64,000 nucleotides of DNA from Candidatus Nanoarchaeia archaeon (GCA_050292425.1 JBNKLP010000001.1:40075-104074), one strand, 5' to 3'; shown: positions 36,478-46,403, numbered from the stretch's first letter. Made by a program: numbers and translations. Notes: generated by a model from the sequence alone, not told the origin.

Positions 36478-38319
36478 ATGACTAATAATGCAAAAAAAAA
36501 TATTGTAATTAAAAAACCAAAAAAGCCTAATCAAAGACTCAAAAAACACAGATTAATCTTTGCAACAACACTCAAGATATTTTTAATTGCATTCCTAATA
36601 TACGGATTTTATTTAACTTCAGCTTCATTTTCAAACTCAATACCACTTCTTGCAGTAAACCAAGACGATCAAGGCAACTCACATGGAGGCTCAGTAATAA
36701 ACCTATACTTAACAGTAAAACCAGGTTCTGGACAAATCCATGTAAACCTTAACACACTTGAAGAAATTGATACACAAATATCAATAATTAATTCACAAAA
36801 AATTGCCTGCAATCTCTTTGAACTTGATTGCGAAAATTATGATTTTTACTATGAATTTGACGGATCAGCACTTGTCTTAAAAGGACCATCTGCATCCTCT
36901 GCAATTGCCATTCTCACTGCAAAAACGCTCAAAAAGGAAAAAATAAACAACAAAGTAGCTATGACTGGCTCTTTAAATTCGGGAGGAATAGTTGGGACTG
37001 TTGGAGGAGTTGATCAAAAAATAAAAACTGCTCAGGAAGAAGGATTCAAAAAAGTCATAATTCCACTTAATTCTGAATACAATGGATCAGTTGAATATGA
37101 AATAGAAATAGTAAAAGCTCTTGACATAATTGAAGCATACAACAATTTCAATGGTTATAACTATAAACTAAAAACGTATGAAATTGACAAAACTTCATAT
37201 GAAAATTTCATGAGGTCCTTGGCTGAAAACATATGCTTAAGAGCTGATGAAATAAAATTCCAAACAAACCTTGAAATCATTAACCAAAGCTCATCAGAAT
37301 ATCAATACAAACTAAATGCCCTAAAAAGCTTAAACTCATCACAAACCGCACTTGAGAATAAAAACTATTACTCACAAGGAAGCTTCTGCTACAATGCAAA
37401 CCTAAACCTAAGAGCGCTCTCAGAAATTCAAAAAAACATAACTGAAGACAAAATGGATTCAACAATAACTCAGCTTGAATCACAAATCAACTCAAAATAT
37501 GTTCAAATCAACTCACAAGACTACAAAAACAACATAACAACAATAAATGACTTTTATGTTTATCTTCTTTTAAATGACAGACTTGAAGAATCAAAAGAAT
37601 TTTTAAAACAAATAAAAGAACCACAAATAAACATACAAACTTCAAATCAAACTAACATTTCATCAAATATAACTATAACTCCAAAAAACAACCTAAGACA
37701 AAAGGAAATTCTCTACTCATACGCACTTGAAAGATTCTACACAGTAGAACTATGGGAGAAATTCATAAAACATTCAGGAGAAAAAATCACATTCTCAGAC
37801 AAAACTATCAATGATGCTTGCATGAAAATAAACAGAGACCTCTCAATAAAATCAGAACTCCTTCAAAACTATGGATTCACATTCTTTGAATCGGACATAG
37901 AAAATCAACAATCCTTATCATCACCATTCTCAAACAAATACCTCTGCGTATACAAAGGATTAGAACTAAGCGGAAGAATAAATACAGTTCTCAATTCAGT
38001 TGGAATAACACAAGAACAATACTCAAACTTCACAAAAGACATAATAGATTTGACAACATCAAGAATATCCCTAAACTCAAAAGGAAACTTTCCACTCATT
38101 CCCTACATCTATTATGAATATGCAAACGACCTTTACAAACAAGAAGATTACTCTTCAGCAACTCTTTATTCAAACTATGCACTTGCATACTCAGATCTTA
38201 ATTTGTTTTTGGAAAAACAGGAAAAAACAATTCCTGTAATAAATGCAGCATATAACGAACTAATGGGAAACATCTGGTTTATAGTAACCATATTATTTAT
38301 AATAGCTTTTGTGAAGTAG
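36478..38319 (+). CDS. Membrane-anchored Lon-like S16 peptidase domain protein lacking an AAA+ ATPase module
   Basis: N-terminal basic stretch then a TM (LIFATTLKIFLIAFLIYGFYL). KGPSASSAIAIL...VAMTGSLNSGGIVGTVGGVDQKIKTAQEEGFKKVIIP aligns with the Lon proteolytic domain and includes the Ser-Lys dyad. There is a ~380-aa helical C-terminal region and a terminal TM (IWFIVTILFIIAFV). Confidence 0.7.
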   Translation: MTNNAKKNIVIKKPKKPNQRLKKHRLIFATTLKIFLIAFLIYGFYLTSASFSNSIPLLAVNQDDQGNSHGGSVINLYLTVKPGSGQIHVNLNTLEEIDTQISIINSQKIACNLFELDCENYDFYYEFDGSALVLKGPSASSAIAILTAKTLKKEKINNKVAMTGSLNSGGIVGTVGGVDQKIKTAQEEGFKKVIIPLNSEYNGSVEYEIEIVKALDIIEAYNNFNGYNYKLKTYEIDKTSYENFMRSLAENICLRADEIKFQTNLEIINQSSSEYQYKLNALKSLNSSQTALENKNYYSQGSFCYNANLNLRALSEIQKNITEDKMDSTITQLESQINSKYVQINSQDYKNNITTINDFYVYLLLNDRLEESKEFLKQIKEPQINIQTSNQTNISSNITITPKNNLRQKEILYSYALERFYTVELWEKFIKHSGEKITFSDKTINDACMKINRDLSIKSELLQNYGFTFFESDIENQQSLSSPFSNKYLCVYKGLELSGRINTVLNSVGITQEQYSNFTKDIIDLTTSRISLNSKGNFPLIPYIYYEYANDLYKQEDYSSATLYSNYALAYSDLNLFLEKQEKTIPVINAAYNELMGNIWFIVTILFIIAFVK

Positions 38320-38797
38320 CTTTCTGCATATCAAACATCCAACCATCTCTTTTTTCATCATATCTAAACCTCACACTTTCATAAAATGCTACTTGTTCTC
38401 TTTCTTCTTGTGTCCTAATATCTCCTCTCTCATCAAAAGAAACTCCCAAACCATAAAATAACTTAAAAGCATTATTTTTTTTTGCTTCTTTAATTCCAGC
38501 TAAAAGTAACTTAGTCCCTATTCCATTTCTTCTAAACTCAGGAAGAACATAAATTTCCATTATTTGATAAATATTTTCTTGAACATCAGCTTCTAAATAA
38601 CCTACTATTTGAGAATTAACTCTTGATAACCAATACTTCGTTTCTCCACTAAGAAATTTTTGAGACTTACAATCAAACAAAATATCTAAATTTCCTTCAA
38701 TTCTATTTCGTTCTAATTCAAATTCCTTAAACAAAGGAATCATTTCCAATAAATCATTATCTGAAACTGAATTAATCTCAATTTCCAAATTTTTCAT
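38297..38797 (-). CDS. GNAT-family N-acetyltransferase
   Basis: Motif A: RRNGIGTKLLLAGIKEAKK. Confidence 0.75.
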   Translation of the reverse strand: MKNLEIEINSVSDNDLLEMIPLFKEFELERNRIEGNLDILFDCKSQKFLSGETKYWLSRVNSQIVGYLEADVQENIYQIMEIYVLPEFRRNGIGTKLLLAGIKEAKKNNAFKLFYGLGVSFDERGDIRTQEEREQVAFYESVRFRYDEKRDGWMFDMQKATSQKLL

Positions 38798-38822
38798 TTA
38801 ATAAGTAAATTAAAATAACTAT

Positions 38823-39536
38823 TTAAATCTTCTCATCCAATCTTTTCAAAACTTCCTCAAAAACCAAATCCAAACCATATCTCTTATTAAAATAATTCAC
38901 AATGTTTCTTACATCTCTCTCATACAAATCATAGAAATTCTTAAAATCATCTTCGTTCTTTATTGTCATTGCCTGTCCCAAATCAATTATAACTGGAAAT
39001 TGATCTCTTACCATGACATTGAACTCGGACAAATCTCCGTGGATTAATTTGGCTTCGTGCCTCATAAGCCTCATTTGTTCTAAAAGTTCCTCAAAAAACG
39101 CCTCAGGTTTCTCTAAACCGACATCTTTAAGCATTCCTCCGTCAATATGTTCCATAATAATTACATTACTCATTTGCTTGTATGGAGTAGGCACACTCAT
39201 ATTAGCCTTATAACAAATAGAAATATTTCTAAACTCCTTTTCTGTCCAAATTAAAATAACCTTTCTCAAATTTCCTTTAATATTCTTAAACCTGAAATCC
39301 CTGTTAATATACTGAGAAATTTTCTTGAAATTAGCTGAAGTCATTCGAAAAATCTTGATAGCTCTATATTCATCTTCCTTCTTTGCAAGATAAACATCTC
39401 CCTCCTTTCCAGTCTTAATGGGATTCTTAAGCTCATCAAAATACTTTCTCTGCTTCAAAAGTGCCAAAGTATCCAAAGTAAAATTATCGAAAACACCCTC
39501 ATATACTTTGAACTTCTCTTTTGTGACTTTAGCCAT
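38823..39536 (-). CDS. RIO-type serine protein kinase (Rio1-like)
   Basis: Motifs LIHGDLSEFNVMV and IIDLGQAM. A Gly-rich loop is near the N-terminus. Confidence 0.85.
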   Translation of the reverse strand: MAKVTKEKFKVYEGVFDNFTLDTLALLKQRKYFDELKNPIKTGKEGDVYLAKKEDEYRAIKIFRMTSANFKKISQYINRDFRFKNIKGNLRKVILIWTEKEFRNISICYKANMSVPTPYKQMSNVIIMEHIDGGMLKDVGLEKPEAFFEELLEQMRLMRHEAKLIHGDLSEFNVMVRDQFPVIIDLGQAMTIKNEDDFKNFYDLYERDVRNIVNYFNKRYGLDLVFEEVLKRLDEKI

Positions 39537-39689
39537 CTTAGAAAGGATAAGGTAATGGTATTTATAAACTAAACTTATTTACTAATGAATTAATATTGAT
39601 TTTCAAAATTAAAATTAGAAAATTTTTTTCTTTTAAATTAGCAATTGAACTTTAAATTTATTCAGAATCATTTCAAGAAGTATCATTAA

Positions 39690-39830
39690 CACGGTCAAAA
39701 TCCGGCTAAAGCGCAATAACATTGCGTTAAACACGTGTTAAACGAAATTTTCCACTCCCTTCGGGCAGCTTACGCTGACGTTTCAAATTTCTTTTAAAAC
39801 GCGTGGTTCTTCAAACATGGCGTTTTCAAT
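39690..39830 (+). ncRNA. Candidate structured small RNA or operator cluster inside the 370-bp divergent promoter region (strand uncertain)
   Basis: It is a locally GC-enriched island in an AT-rich spacer. Hairpin CGCAAT-aac-ATTGCG at 39712-39726. Perfect 10-bp palindrome AACACGTGTT at 39730-39739, extended imperfectly to about 20 bp. A 7-bp stem AAAACGC/GCGTTTT at 39796-39826. Confidence 0.25.
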
Positions 39831-39907
39831 TTGAAAAAAGAAACTTAGAATAATAACAAACAAGAAGCCTAGAAAAATTAATAAATTCAATTCATTTCAA
39901 CTCTAAT

Positions 39908-40393
39908 ATGTCACAAATATACGAAAGTGAAAATTATATTGTTGAGTCCCATGAAAAACCATTTATTTCAAGAAATGATGGTGGACATATTAGAATCAAA
40001 GTAAAAGATAAATCTATAACTGATAGAACTAAACTTACTCCATTACAAGCAATCGAATTAATGAGACTTACAATTATTGTAGGTAAAGCATTAGAAGATG
40101 GCATGAACAAGAGAAATATTCCTGTTGTGAAAATAAACTATGAAGATTTAGGTAATTGGGCATATAAAAGAAATGAGCAACCATTTCTACATATCCATAT
40201 TTTTGGAAGGTCAAAAGATGCTAAAAAACAAGTTTTCCCTGAAGCTGTTTATCTTCCCGATAGGTCCACTGGTTTTTATGATGGTTTTGAGCCATTAAAT
40301 GAAGAAGATCTTAAAGTTATTAAAAACGAAATTGAAACTCTTTTTTCAAGTATTGAGTTCTCTAATAAAAAGTGGGGACTTTCTTTTAATTAG
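39908..40393 (+). CDS. HIT-fold-like protein with degenerate triad (H-I-H-I-F)
   Basis: The order HIRIKVK...NIPVVKINYEDLGNW...QPFLHIHIFGR parallels the HIT fold (HxLVIPK ... rivvNxG ... QSVxHxHxHvlgG), but the third His is Phe. Confidence 0.45.
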   Translation: MSQIYESENYIVESHEKPFISRNDGGHIRIKVKDKSITDRTKLTPLQAIELMRLTIIVGKALEDGMNKRNIPVVKINYEDLGNWAYKRNEQPFLHIHIFGRSKDAKKQVFPEAVYLPDRSTGFYDGFEPLNEEDLKVIKNEIETLFSSIEFSNKKWGLSFN

Positions 40394-40434
40394 TCCAGCA
40401 TTTGGAAAGCCTTCACAAACACCTTAATCAAAAT

Positions 40435-40587
40435 TCACTTCAAAAAATCATAAATCGTATCAATATTGGCTGTTACAACTCCTGCACCATAAGCAGCATA
40501 AGCCAAAGAGCAAGATAAAAAATAATCTCCCAATGTGTCATCAAACCTTTCCTTCATTTTATTTTCCAAACTATTACTAATTTCCAT
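40435..40587 (-). CDS. Possible small ORF (50 aa), hand-translated; not in ORF track
   Basis: Translation is MEISNSLENKMKERFDDTLGDYFLSCSLAYAAYGAGVVTANIDTIYDFLK. There is no supporting motif. Confidence 0.15.
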   Translation of the reverse strand: MEISNSLENKMKERFDDTLGDYFLSCSLAYAAYGAGVVTANIDTIYDFLK

Positions 40588-40668
40588 GAATCAGATAAGA
40601 ATCCCTAATTTATAAAATAATCTAATTTACATCCAAATCTTTAAAAAAAACCTCAACCTACAATTTAT

Positions 40669-42432
40669 ATGAACAAAGATGAATTCACTCTTCTACTAAA
40701 AGAAAAAAACATCTCTCTTCTAGAAAAACCTTCCTTCCCTTCAAAAAAAGAAGAACTAGAATTCATCTCAAAACTTGAAAACATAATAAAAAAAGGCTCT
40801 CACATAGAATTCATCAACAACGACATAATAGAAATCATAACTCAGGTAGAACTAAGCGAAAACAACCTCTCAATACTAAAAAAACTAAACTGGGATGACT
40901 TCACAAAAACATTTGAGCAAAAAGACACAGACAAAAGAAAACACAAGATATACGAAAACTTCATAAGATTCCTAAAAGCAGAACTTGGAATACTCAGAGA
41001 AGAAAAACCACTCACAGACAAAACTCTAATTGAAAACAAAAACAAAATGGATAATTCTGAGCAAAAACTAAACTCAGACATATTCAAAAAACAAGAAAAC
41101 TTCAATCCAGAAGAAGACAAAAGACTAAAAGCACAAAAATATCACATAGACATAGAATTCGACTACACAGAACCATCCAAAAAGATCTCCGTAAACGATT
41201 TTACTCTATACTTCAATAGAAGACTCCAATACTTCACAAATCTGCTTAAAAGTAGAATCAACATGGACAATGTAATGAGAATTTCTCAACTAAAAGATCT
41301 CTATGATACAAACACTGACATCTCGATAGTAGGACTAATCTCAGACATTTCCCAAACAAAAAACGGACATTACATGATAACAATTGAAGACAAATCAGGA
41401 CAGATAAAATGCTTTGTAAATAAAGACAAAGCTGACATGCTAAAACAAATAGAAAACTTCTGTCTCGACGAAGGAATTGGTATAAAAGGAAAAATAGGAA
41501 ACAAAATAATCTGGACTGACGAATTTGTAATCCCATCACCTCCTAATGAATCAGAACTAAAAAAGACAGAAGAACTTCATTATGTAGCTTTCATGTCCGA
41601 TATCCACTTTGGAGCAAAAGTATTCGTTGATGAAGCATTCCAAAAAATGATAGACTTTCTAAATGGGCAAACAAACAACGAAAAACTAAATAAAATTGCT
41701 GAAAAAATCAAATACATACTTGTACCTGGAGATATAATCGAAGGAATAGGGATCTATCCTGACCAAGGAAAAGATGCAAGAATATTATCAACTGAGCTTC
41801 AATATCATGAAGCAGCAAGGTGGTTATCCCAAATATCAAAAGACAAATGCCTAATAATCACTCCTGGAAACCACGATACTGACAGACTCTCAGAACCTCA
41901 GCCAAAACTTCCATACGACAAAGCATATGCCCTATACAACATGGAAAACGTAATTATGACCTCAAACCCATCAATTGTAAAACTCTTTGCAAACGATCCT
42001 TCAGGAGGACTTGATTTCTATTTATATCATGGAGGCTCCCTATTTTACTATGCAGACAAAATTCAGCACCTAAGAGAAAAAGGAGGAGCAAAAGCGCCCG
42101 AAGAAGTTGTTAAATTTTTACTAGAAAAAAGACACCTCGCCCCATCACACGGTTCAACCCTATACATACCAGACTCACAAAACGACCCACTTGTAATTAA
42201 AAAAATGCCTGACTTCTTCATCACAGGACACACACACAAACTCTCAATGACAAATTACAAAGGATGTACAATAATATCTTGTGGATGTTGGGTTGAAATG
42301 TCAGACTATCAGGAAAAGATGGGAATGTTTCCAGATGTAGGAAAATTGCCAATTGTTAATACAAAAACTCGTAAACCACACATTCTAAACTTCTACACTG
42401 AACTGCATAAAAGAAAAAACGAAGATAATTAA
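40669..42432 (+). CDS. DNA polymerase II (PolD) small subunit DP1-like: OB-fold plus calcineurin-like phosphoesterase domain
   Basis: Phosphoesterase motifs MSDIHFG, VPGDIIEG, TPGNHD and ITGHTHK, preceded by an OB-fold-like segment (ISIVGLISDISQTKNGHYMITIEDKSGQIKCFV). The size of 587 aa is typical of DP1. Confidence 0.7.
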   Translation: MNKDEFTLLLKEKNISLLEKPSFPSKKEELEFISKLENIIKKGSHIEFINNDIIEIITQVELSENNLSILKKLNWDDFTKTFEQKDTDKRKHKIYENFIRFLKAELGILREEKPLTDKTLIENKNKMDNSEQKLNSDIFKKQENFNPEEDKRLKAQKYHIDIEFDYTEPSKKISVNDFTLYFNRRLQYFTNLLKSRINMDNVMRISQLKDLYDTNTDISIVGLISDISQTKNGHYMITIEDKSGQIKCFVNKDKADMLKQIENFCLDEGIGIKGKIGNKIIWTDEFVIPSPPNESELKKTEELHYVAFMSDIHFGAKVFVDEAFQKMIDFLNGQTNNEKLNKIAEKIKYILVPGDIIEGIGIYPDQGKDARILSTELQYHEAARWLSQISKDKCLIITPGNHDTDRLSEPQPKLPYDKAYALYNMENVIMTSNPSIVKLFANDPSGGLDFYLYHGGSLFYYADKIQHLREKGGAKAPEEVVKFLLEKRHLAPSHGSTLYIPDSQNDPLVIKKMPDFFITGHTHKLSMTNYKGCTIISCGCWVEMSDYQEKMGMFPDVGKLPIVNTKTRKPHILNFYTELHKRKNEDN

Positions 42433-43109
42433 AATTCATCCAATCTTCTCTGCATATTTTTGCTAACAACATCCTTATATGTCTGCCAAGATTTCCTAAA
42501 AATAAAATCAAACTCCTTCGAATTCCAATTCTCTTTCAAAAACTCCTTAGTCTTAGGGTCGCTAGGATATCCTGACCCACAATCTATCTTAATATTCTCC
42601 CTTATCTGAGCAAGCTCCTGTTCACGAAGCTCTTTTGCAACAACACTAGCTGCTCCAACAATCTCATACTTATCATCAGCCTTATTCTCTGAAATAATCT
42701 TACACTCAAAACTCAATCTTTTCAAAATCTCATCTCCGAACTTCTGTGGATTTGCAGTAAGTGCATCAATCATTACTAACTGAGGTTTCTCAGACTCTAA
42801 AATACTAACAATTGCAGAAATCTCAAGCTCATTGAGCTTTCCCCCCTCAGAATTATTTTTATCAATAAGTGCAGGTGTTAACTGAGCATACTTCATATCA
42901 ATATTATCTTTCAACTTCAAATAAAGCTCAGCTCTCTTCTTTGGAGTAAGCTTTTTAGAATCTTTAACACCAAGTTCTCTTAGATACTTCTGAAAATCAT
43001 TCAAAGCCTTTAAAGACTCAAGATTAATAATAGAAAAACCAATAAACATAGACCCCAAAACTGGCCCCTTTCCTGCTTCATCAACACCAATAACCTTGTA
43101 CACTCTCAA
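42429..43109 (-). CDS. rnhB: Ribonuclease HII
   Basis: N-terminal IGVDEAGKGPVLGSM catalytic motif and the RNase HII pattern throughout. Confidence 0.9.
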   Translation of the reverse strand: MRVYKVIGVDEAGKGPVLGSMFIGFSIINLESLKALNDFQKYLRELGVKDSKKLTPKKRAELYLKLKDNIDMKYAQLTPALIDKNNSEGGKLNELEISAIVSILESEKPQLVMIDALTANPQKFGDEILKRLSFECKIISENKADDKYEIVGAASVVAKELREQELAQIRENIKIDCGSGYPSDPKTKEFLKENWNSKEFDFIFRKSWQTYKDVVSKNMQRRLDEF

Positions 43110-43133
43110 CTAAAATAAATAAAAAAATTAAAA

Positions 43134-43454
43134 TTACTTATGAGAATCAATAAAATCCTTCAACTGCTCTTCTGACAAAGCTCCCATCTGCTGATCAAGA
43201 GTCTCTCCTCCCTTCAAAATAACCAAAGTTGGAATACTCATAATATTAAACTCAGCTGCTACATCTTGCGCTTCATCAACATCAACTTTCACAAACTTCA
43301 CATCATCATATTCATCAGAAACCTTCTCAAAAATAGGTCCTAATAACTTACAAGGTCCACACCAAGGTGCCCAAAAATCAATAATAACCAAACCTTCGGA
43401 ATTAGTAACTTCCTTCTTAAATTCATCTTCTGTTGTAACATGTGTAATTGCCAT
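43134..43454 (-). CDS. trxA: Thioredoxin; start moved to the internal ATG (MAITHV...)
   Basis: WAPWCGPCK active site. The 22 N-terminal residues of the track ORF are probably not translated. Confidence 0.85.
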   Translation of the reverse strand: MAITHVTTEDEFKKEVTNSEGLVIIDFWAPWCGPCKLLGPIFEKVSDEYDDVKFVKVDVDEAQDVAAEFNIMSIPTLVILKGGETLDQQMGALSEEQLKDFIDSHK

Positions 43455-43533
43455 ACATCTATACAGAAACTCTACTTTATAAACATTACTTTTAAGAGAA
43501 AATGATAACAATAAAATCACTTCAAAATTATTA

Positions 43534-43935
43534 TTACTTAACTTTATAATAAGAGATCCCTCGAGAAACTACAAAATCCTTAAAATCCCCAGAGTAATCT
43601 TTTGGAAATAATATTTGAGATGGCATAATCCAAACTTTATTTCTCCTCACCCCAGAAAATTTAAAATTCTCAGACTCATAAAGTAACTTGCTTCTAAACC
43701 TTTTAGGAATATTCTCATAAGGAATCAAAGATAAATTTCTATCATTTTCAACGTTATATAACTCCTTAACTTCACCTCCATTAAAACCAGAAAGTTTAAC
43801 ATTCCGAAACTCAGTAATTCCCAAACTCACTTCAAAACCATCTTCTCCAAGTAAATCAATTAATTTCCCAAATACATCTTTAGGAATAACTTTCCTCGAT
43901 TCAAAGACATCAGATATAAACATTGATAAATCCAT
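43534..43935 (-). CDS. Hypothetical protein (133 aa)
   Basis: ORF only. Confidence 0.4.
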   Translation of the reverse strand: MDLSMFISDVFESRKVIPKDVFGKLIDLLGEDGFEVSLGITEFRNVKLSGFNGGEVKELYNVENDRNLSLIPYENIPKRFRSKLLYESENFKFSGVRRNKVWIMPSQILFPKDYSGDFKDFVVSRGISYYKVK

Positions 43936-43977
43936 AAAACAATAAGAACATAAACTAATTTATATTGTTTTCTAAAA

Positions 43978-45627
43978 TCAAAACAGCAAATAAAAGATAA
44001 GCAAACCAACAGCAATACCCATCCCCACCTTCTCCAAGGTTCTCGGTTCCTCATTAAAAATAGTCACAATTTCTTCAGCCGAGATTAATGTTCCATAAAC
44101 ATTAGACTTGTCAATTCCATAAATATTAGGCAATGCATCAAGCTCAGTACTTCTCTCCACCAAATAAGAAACATCCCATTCTTCCCCTGCTTTCAAAGAT
44201 TTAATTGTCCACACTCCTCTTTGAGTAAAAACCTTTGAAATATCCTTTATAATCACATCATCATCAATATTATCTGAAACAAGCAAATTCTCCAAAGTCA
44301 GACTACCAAGATTTTTAACCTTAATAATAACCCTTGCAAAATTATCATCTACATATTCAATTTCCTTTTGAATAAAAACCTTCTTTTCAGGAAGCAAATC
44401 ATTAATAACCAAAACTCCTTCCGAATAAAAAGTCTCAGTCTCATAAACAAGCTTTGCTGGCTTCAAATATGTAATCCCCTTAAGATTGTTATTATTAACC
44501 AAAGTATAAGTAATTACGTAAGTATCATAAGCCTCAATCCTCTTAATATCAAAAGTCAAAAGCCCTCCATCATCAATCTTCACACTACTTGAAACATCCT
44601 TAATTTCATAACCCTTTGGAATCTCATCAAAAAGCTTCATATTCTCAATCTCAACATTATTAACATTAACAACTCTCAAAACAACCTGAAAACTCTCCCC
44701 ACTTCTAATTATAGTCTTGTTAACCTCTTTTTTAACCAAAATTGAATCAATAATATCATCAATAACAACATAACCTCCCCCACCACTTCCTCCTCCTGAA
44801 CCTCCTCCAGATGAAGGAGGTTGTTGAATTCTATCTGTAAACACAACATCAGAACTTAGATTAGTATCAACATAAACTTCAGCAGAAATCCAATAAACTG
44901 AACTCTCAGAACTATCATAATCAATGAAATCCACCTCAAGAAAACCAAAAGGGTCAAGTGTCATATTACTATAAGTCTTAACCAAAACACCATTTTCAAA
45001 AAAAGGATCAGCAACAGTGGTCTTGTACAACTTCAAAATCTTAGCTTGAAAACTAAAATCAGTTGGATTTCTAACACCTGCTGAAATAACTCTCGTACTA
45101 TTTCCAACTGGACTCTCATTCAATTCCCCACTTAAATTATAAACATATCCTTCTCTTTGTGGTTTCTGTAAATTAATTATTGAATTTGCAGCCAGATCAA
45201 AAGAATCAGCATAATACTCAAAAACACTAGTCCCTTGAGACTTCACAATAGAATGCAAATCATAACTCAAAATTCCAAAAATATTATATCCAACCTTTAC
45301 AGTCTCATTTGGTCCAATTATATATCCTTTAATTTCACTAAAATCAAAACTAATCTTCGAAGAGGAATTATCAACACTAATTTTGTTTATTCCAATCAAA
45401 GCGTCCAAAGTAATGGGAATACTCAACTCATAAATCTTGCTAACTGAAGAAGGATTATGTATACTCATAACTCCAATAGTACTAAGAGAATACCCTCCAT
45501 TAAGCAATTTTGTCTGAGTACTATTCTCATCAAAACTAATATCAACATCAACAGAAAAAACACAACTAAAAAAACTAAAAATTAAAAGAAATACAAATGC
45601 AAATCTCAACAAAAAACTGTTTCTCAT
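43978..45627 (-). CDS. Surface protein with signal peptide, Gly/Ser linker and C-terminal hydrophobic anchor
   Basis: N-terminal signal FLLIFSFFSCVFS. Linker PPSSGGGSGGGSGGGG. C-terminal GMGIAVGLLIFYLLF. Confidence 0.55.
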   Translation of the reverse strand: MRNSFLLRFAFVFLLIFSFFSCVFSVDVDISFDENSTQTKLLNGGYSLSTIGVMSIHNPSSVSKIYELSIPITLDALIGINKISVDNSSSKISFDFSEIKGYIIGPNETVKVGYNIFGILSYDLHSIVKSQGTSVFEYYADSFDLAANSIINLQKPQREGYVYNLSGELNESPVGNSTRVISAGVRNPTDFSFQAKILKLYKTTVADPFFENGVLVKTYSNMTLDPFGFLEVDFIDYDSSESSVYWISAEVYVDTNLSSDVVFTDRIQQPPSSGGGSGGGSGGGGYVVIDDIIDSILVKKEVNKTIIRSGESFQVVLRVVNVNNVEIENMKLFDEIPKGYEIKDVSSSVKIDDGGLLTFDIKRIEAYDTYVITYTLVNNNNLKGITYLKPAKLVYETETFYSEGVLVINDLLPEKKVFIQKEIEYVDDNFARVIIKVKNLGSLTLENLLVSDNIDDDVIIKDISKVFTQRGVWTIKSLKAGEEWDVSYLVERSTELDALPNIYGIDKSNVYGTLISAEEIVTIFNEEPRTLEKVGMGIAVGLLIFYLLF

Positions 45628-46364
45628 TGTCCATATTGTTCTCTGAATTTTTTAATCTCCTTTCTAACTTCATAAATTAGGAAAAGCACTAAGAACACAT
45701 TAATCAGAATCCAAAATACATAAGAACCTTTCATATCTCCAACACTCCCAATCAAAGGAAGATATGAATATTCAAACTTAATGGACTTCGGAGAATCATC
45801 CTTAATAGTCCAAACTGCCTCATCACCTACAACTTCAGCTTCTCCACCATCTGAAGCAACATATGTAAATCGATAATTATCAGGAAGCAAAACCTTGAAC
45901 TCTCCTGATTGAATTGGAATTGTACTCTCTCTTAGAGGAATCTGCAAGGATTTGAAAAAAATACCTCCTGGTTCATATTCAATATCATAATTCAAAAAAA
46001 ATTTATACTCAAAACCTGGCAACAAAGGATAATAAACATCTAGTACAATGACTGAATAACTCTGAGTCTCCCTAACAGAAGCTTTTATATGATTGCCAAA
46101 ACTATCATAAGCCTCAACATTATCAACCTGAATATTGCCAATACTCCCATCAGTTCCCCTTCCAATCTTAAATTCAATCTGTCCAGGAACAATTCCAACA
46201 TCATAAACATTCTTCAAAACCAAAGTCTTGTTAATATTAATTGTATTATCGGAATTTATTTGCATAACTGTATCATAATGACTAAAAACTTCAACACTTG
46301 CATAAGAAAATGAGATTAGTGATAGAAAAACAAAAATACTAGAAATTAGTTTTAAAAATCCCAT
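45624..46364 (-). CDS. Small surface protein with signal peptide and C-terminal TM
   Basis: N-terminal IFVFLSLISFSYA. C-terminal VFWILINVFLVLFLIY plus a basic tail. Its start overlaps the end of the downstream gene by 4 nt. Confidence 0.5.
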   Translation of the reverse strand: MGFLKLISSIFVFLSLISFSYASVEVFSHYDTVMQINSDNTININKTLVLKNVYDVGIVPGQIEFKIGRGTDGSIGNIQVDNVEAYDSFGNHIKASVRETQSYSVIVLDVYYPLLPGFEYKFFLNYDIEYEPGGIFFKSLQIPLRESTIPIQSGEFKVLLPDNYRFTYVASDGGEAEVVGDEAVWTIKDDSPKSIKFEYSYLPLIGSVGDMKGSYVFWILINVFLVLFLIYEVRKEIKKFREQYGQ

Positions 46365-46403
46365 TTTTACCTCTATAATACAAAAAAATTTAATACTATT
46401 TAA

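Noticed and set aside
27935-39722. A shared 10-mer GCGCAATAAC between the rpl3 leader (about 27938) and the GC-rich island (39711-39720)
   Set aside because: A single 10-mer match is expected by chance thousands of times in 64 kb, so it is not evidence of a repeated element.
39755-39766. An apparent CCC-TTCG-GGG tetraloop hairpin in the GC-rich island
   Set aside because: On exact counting only 2 bp can pair around the TTCG loop, which is too weak to call.
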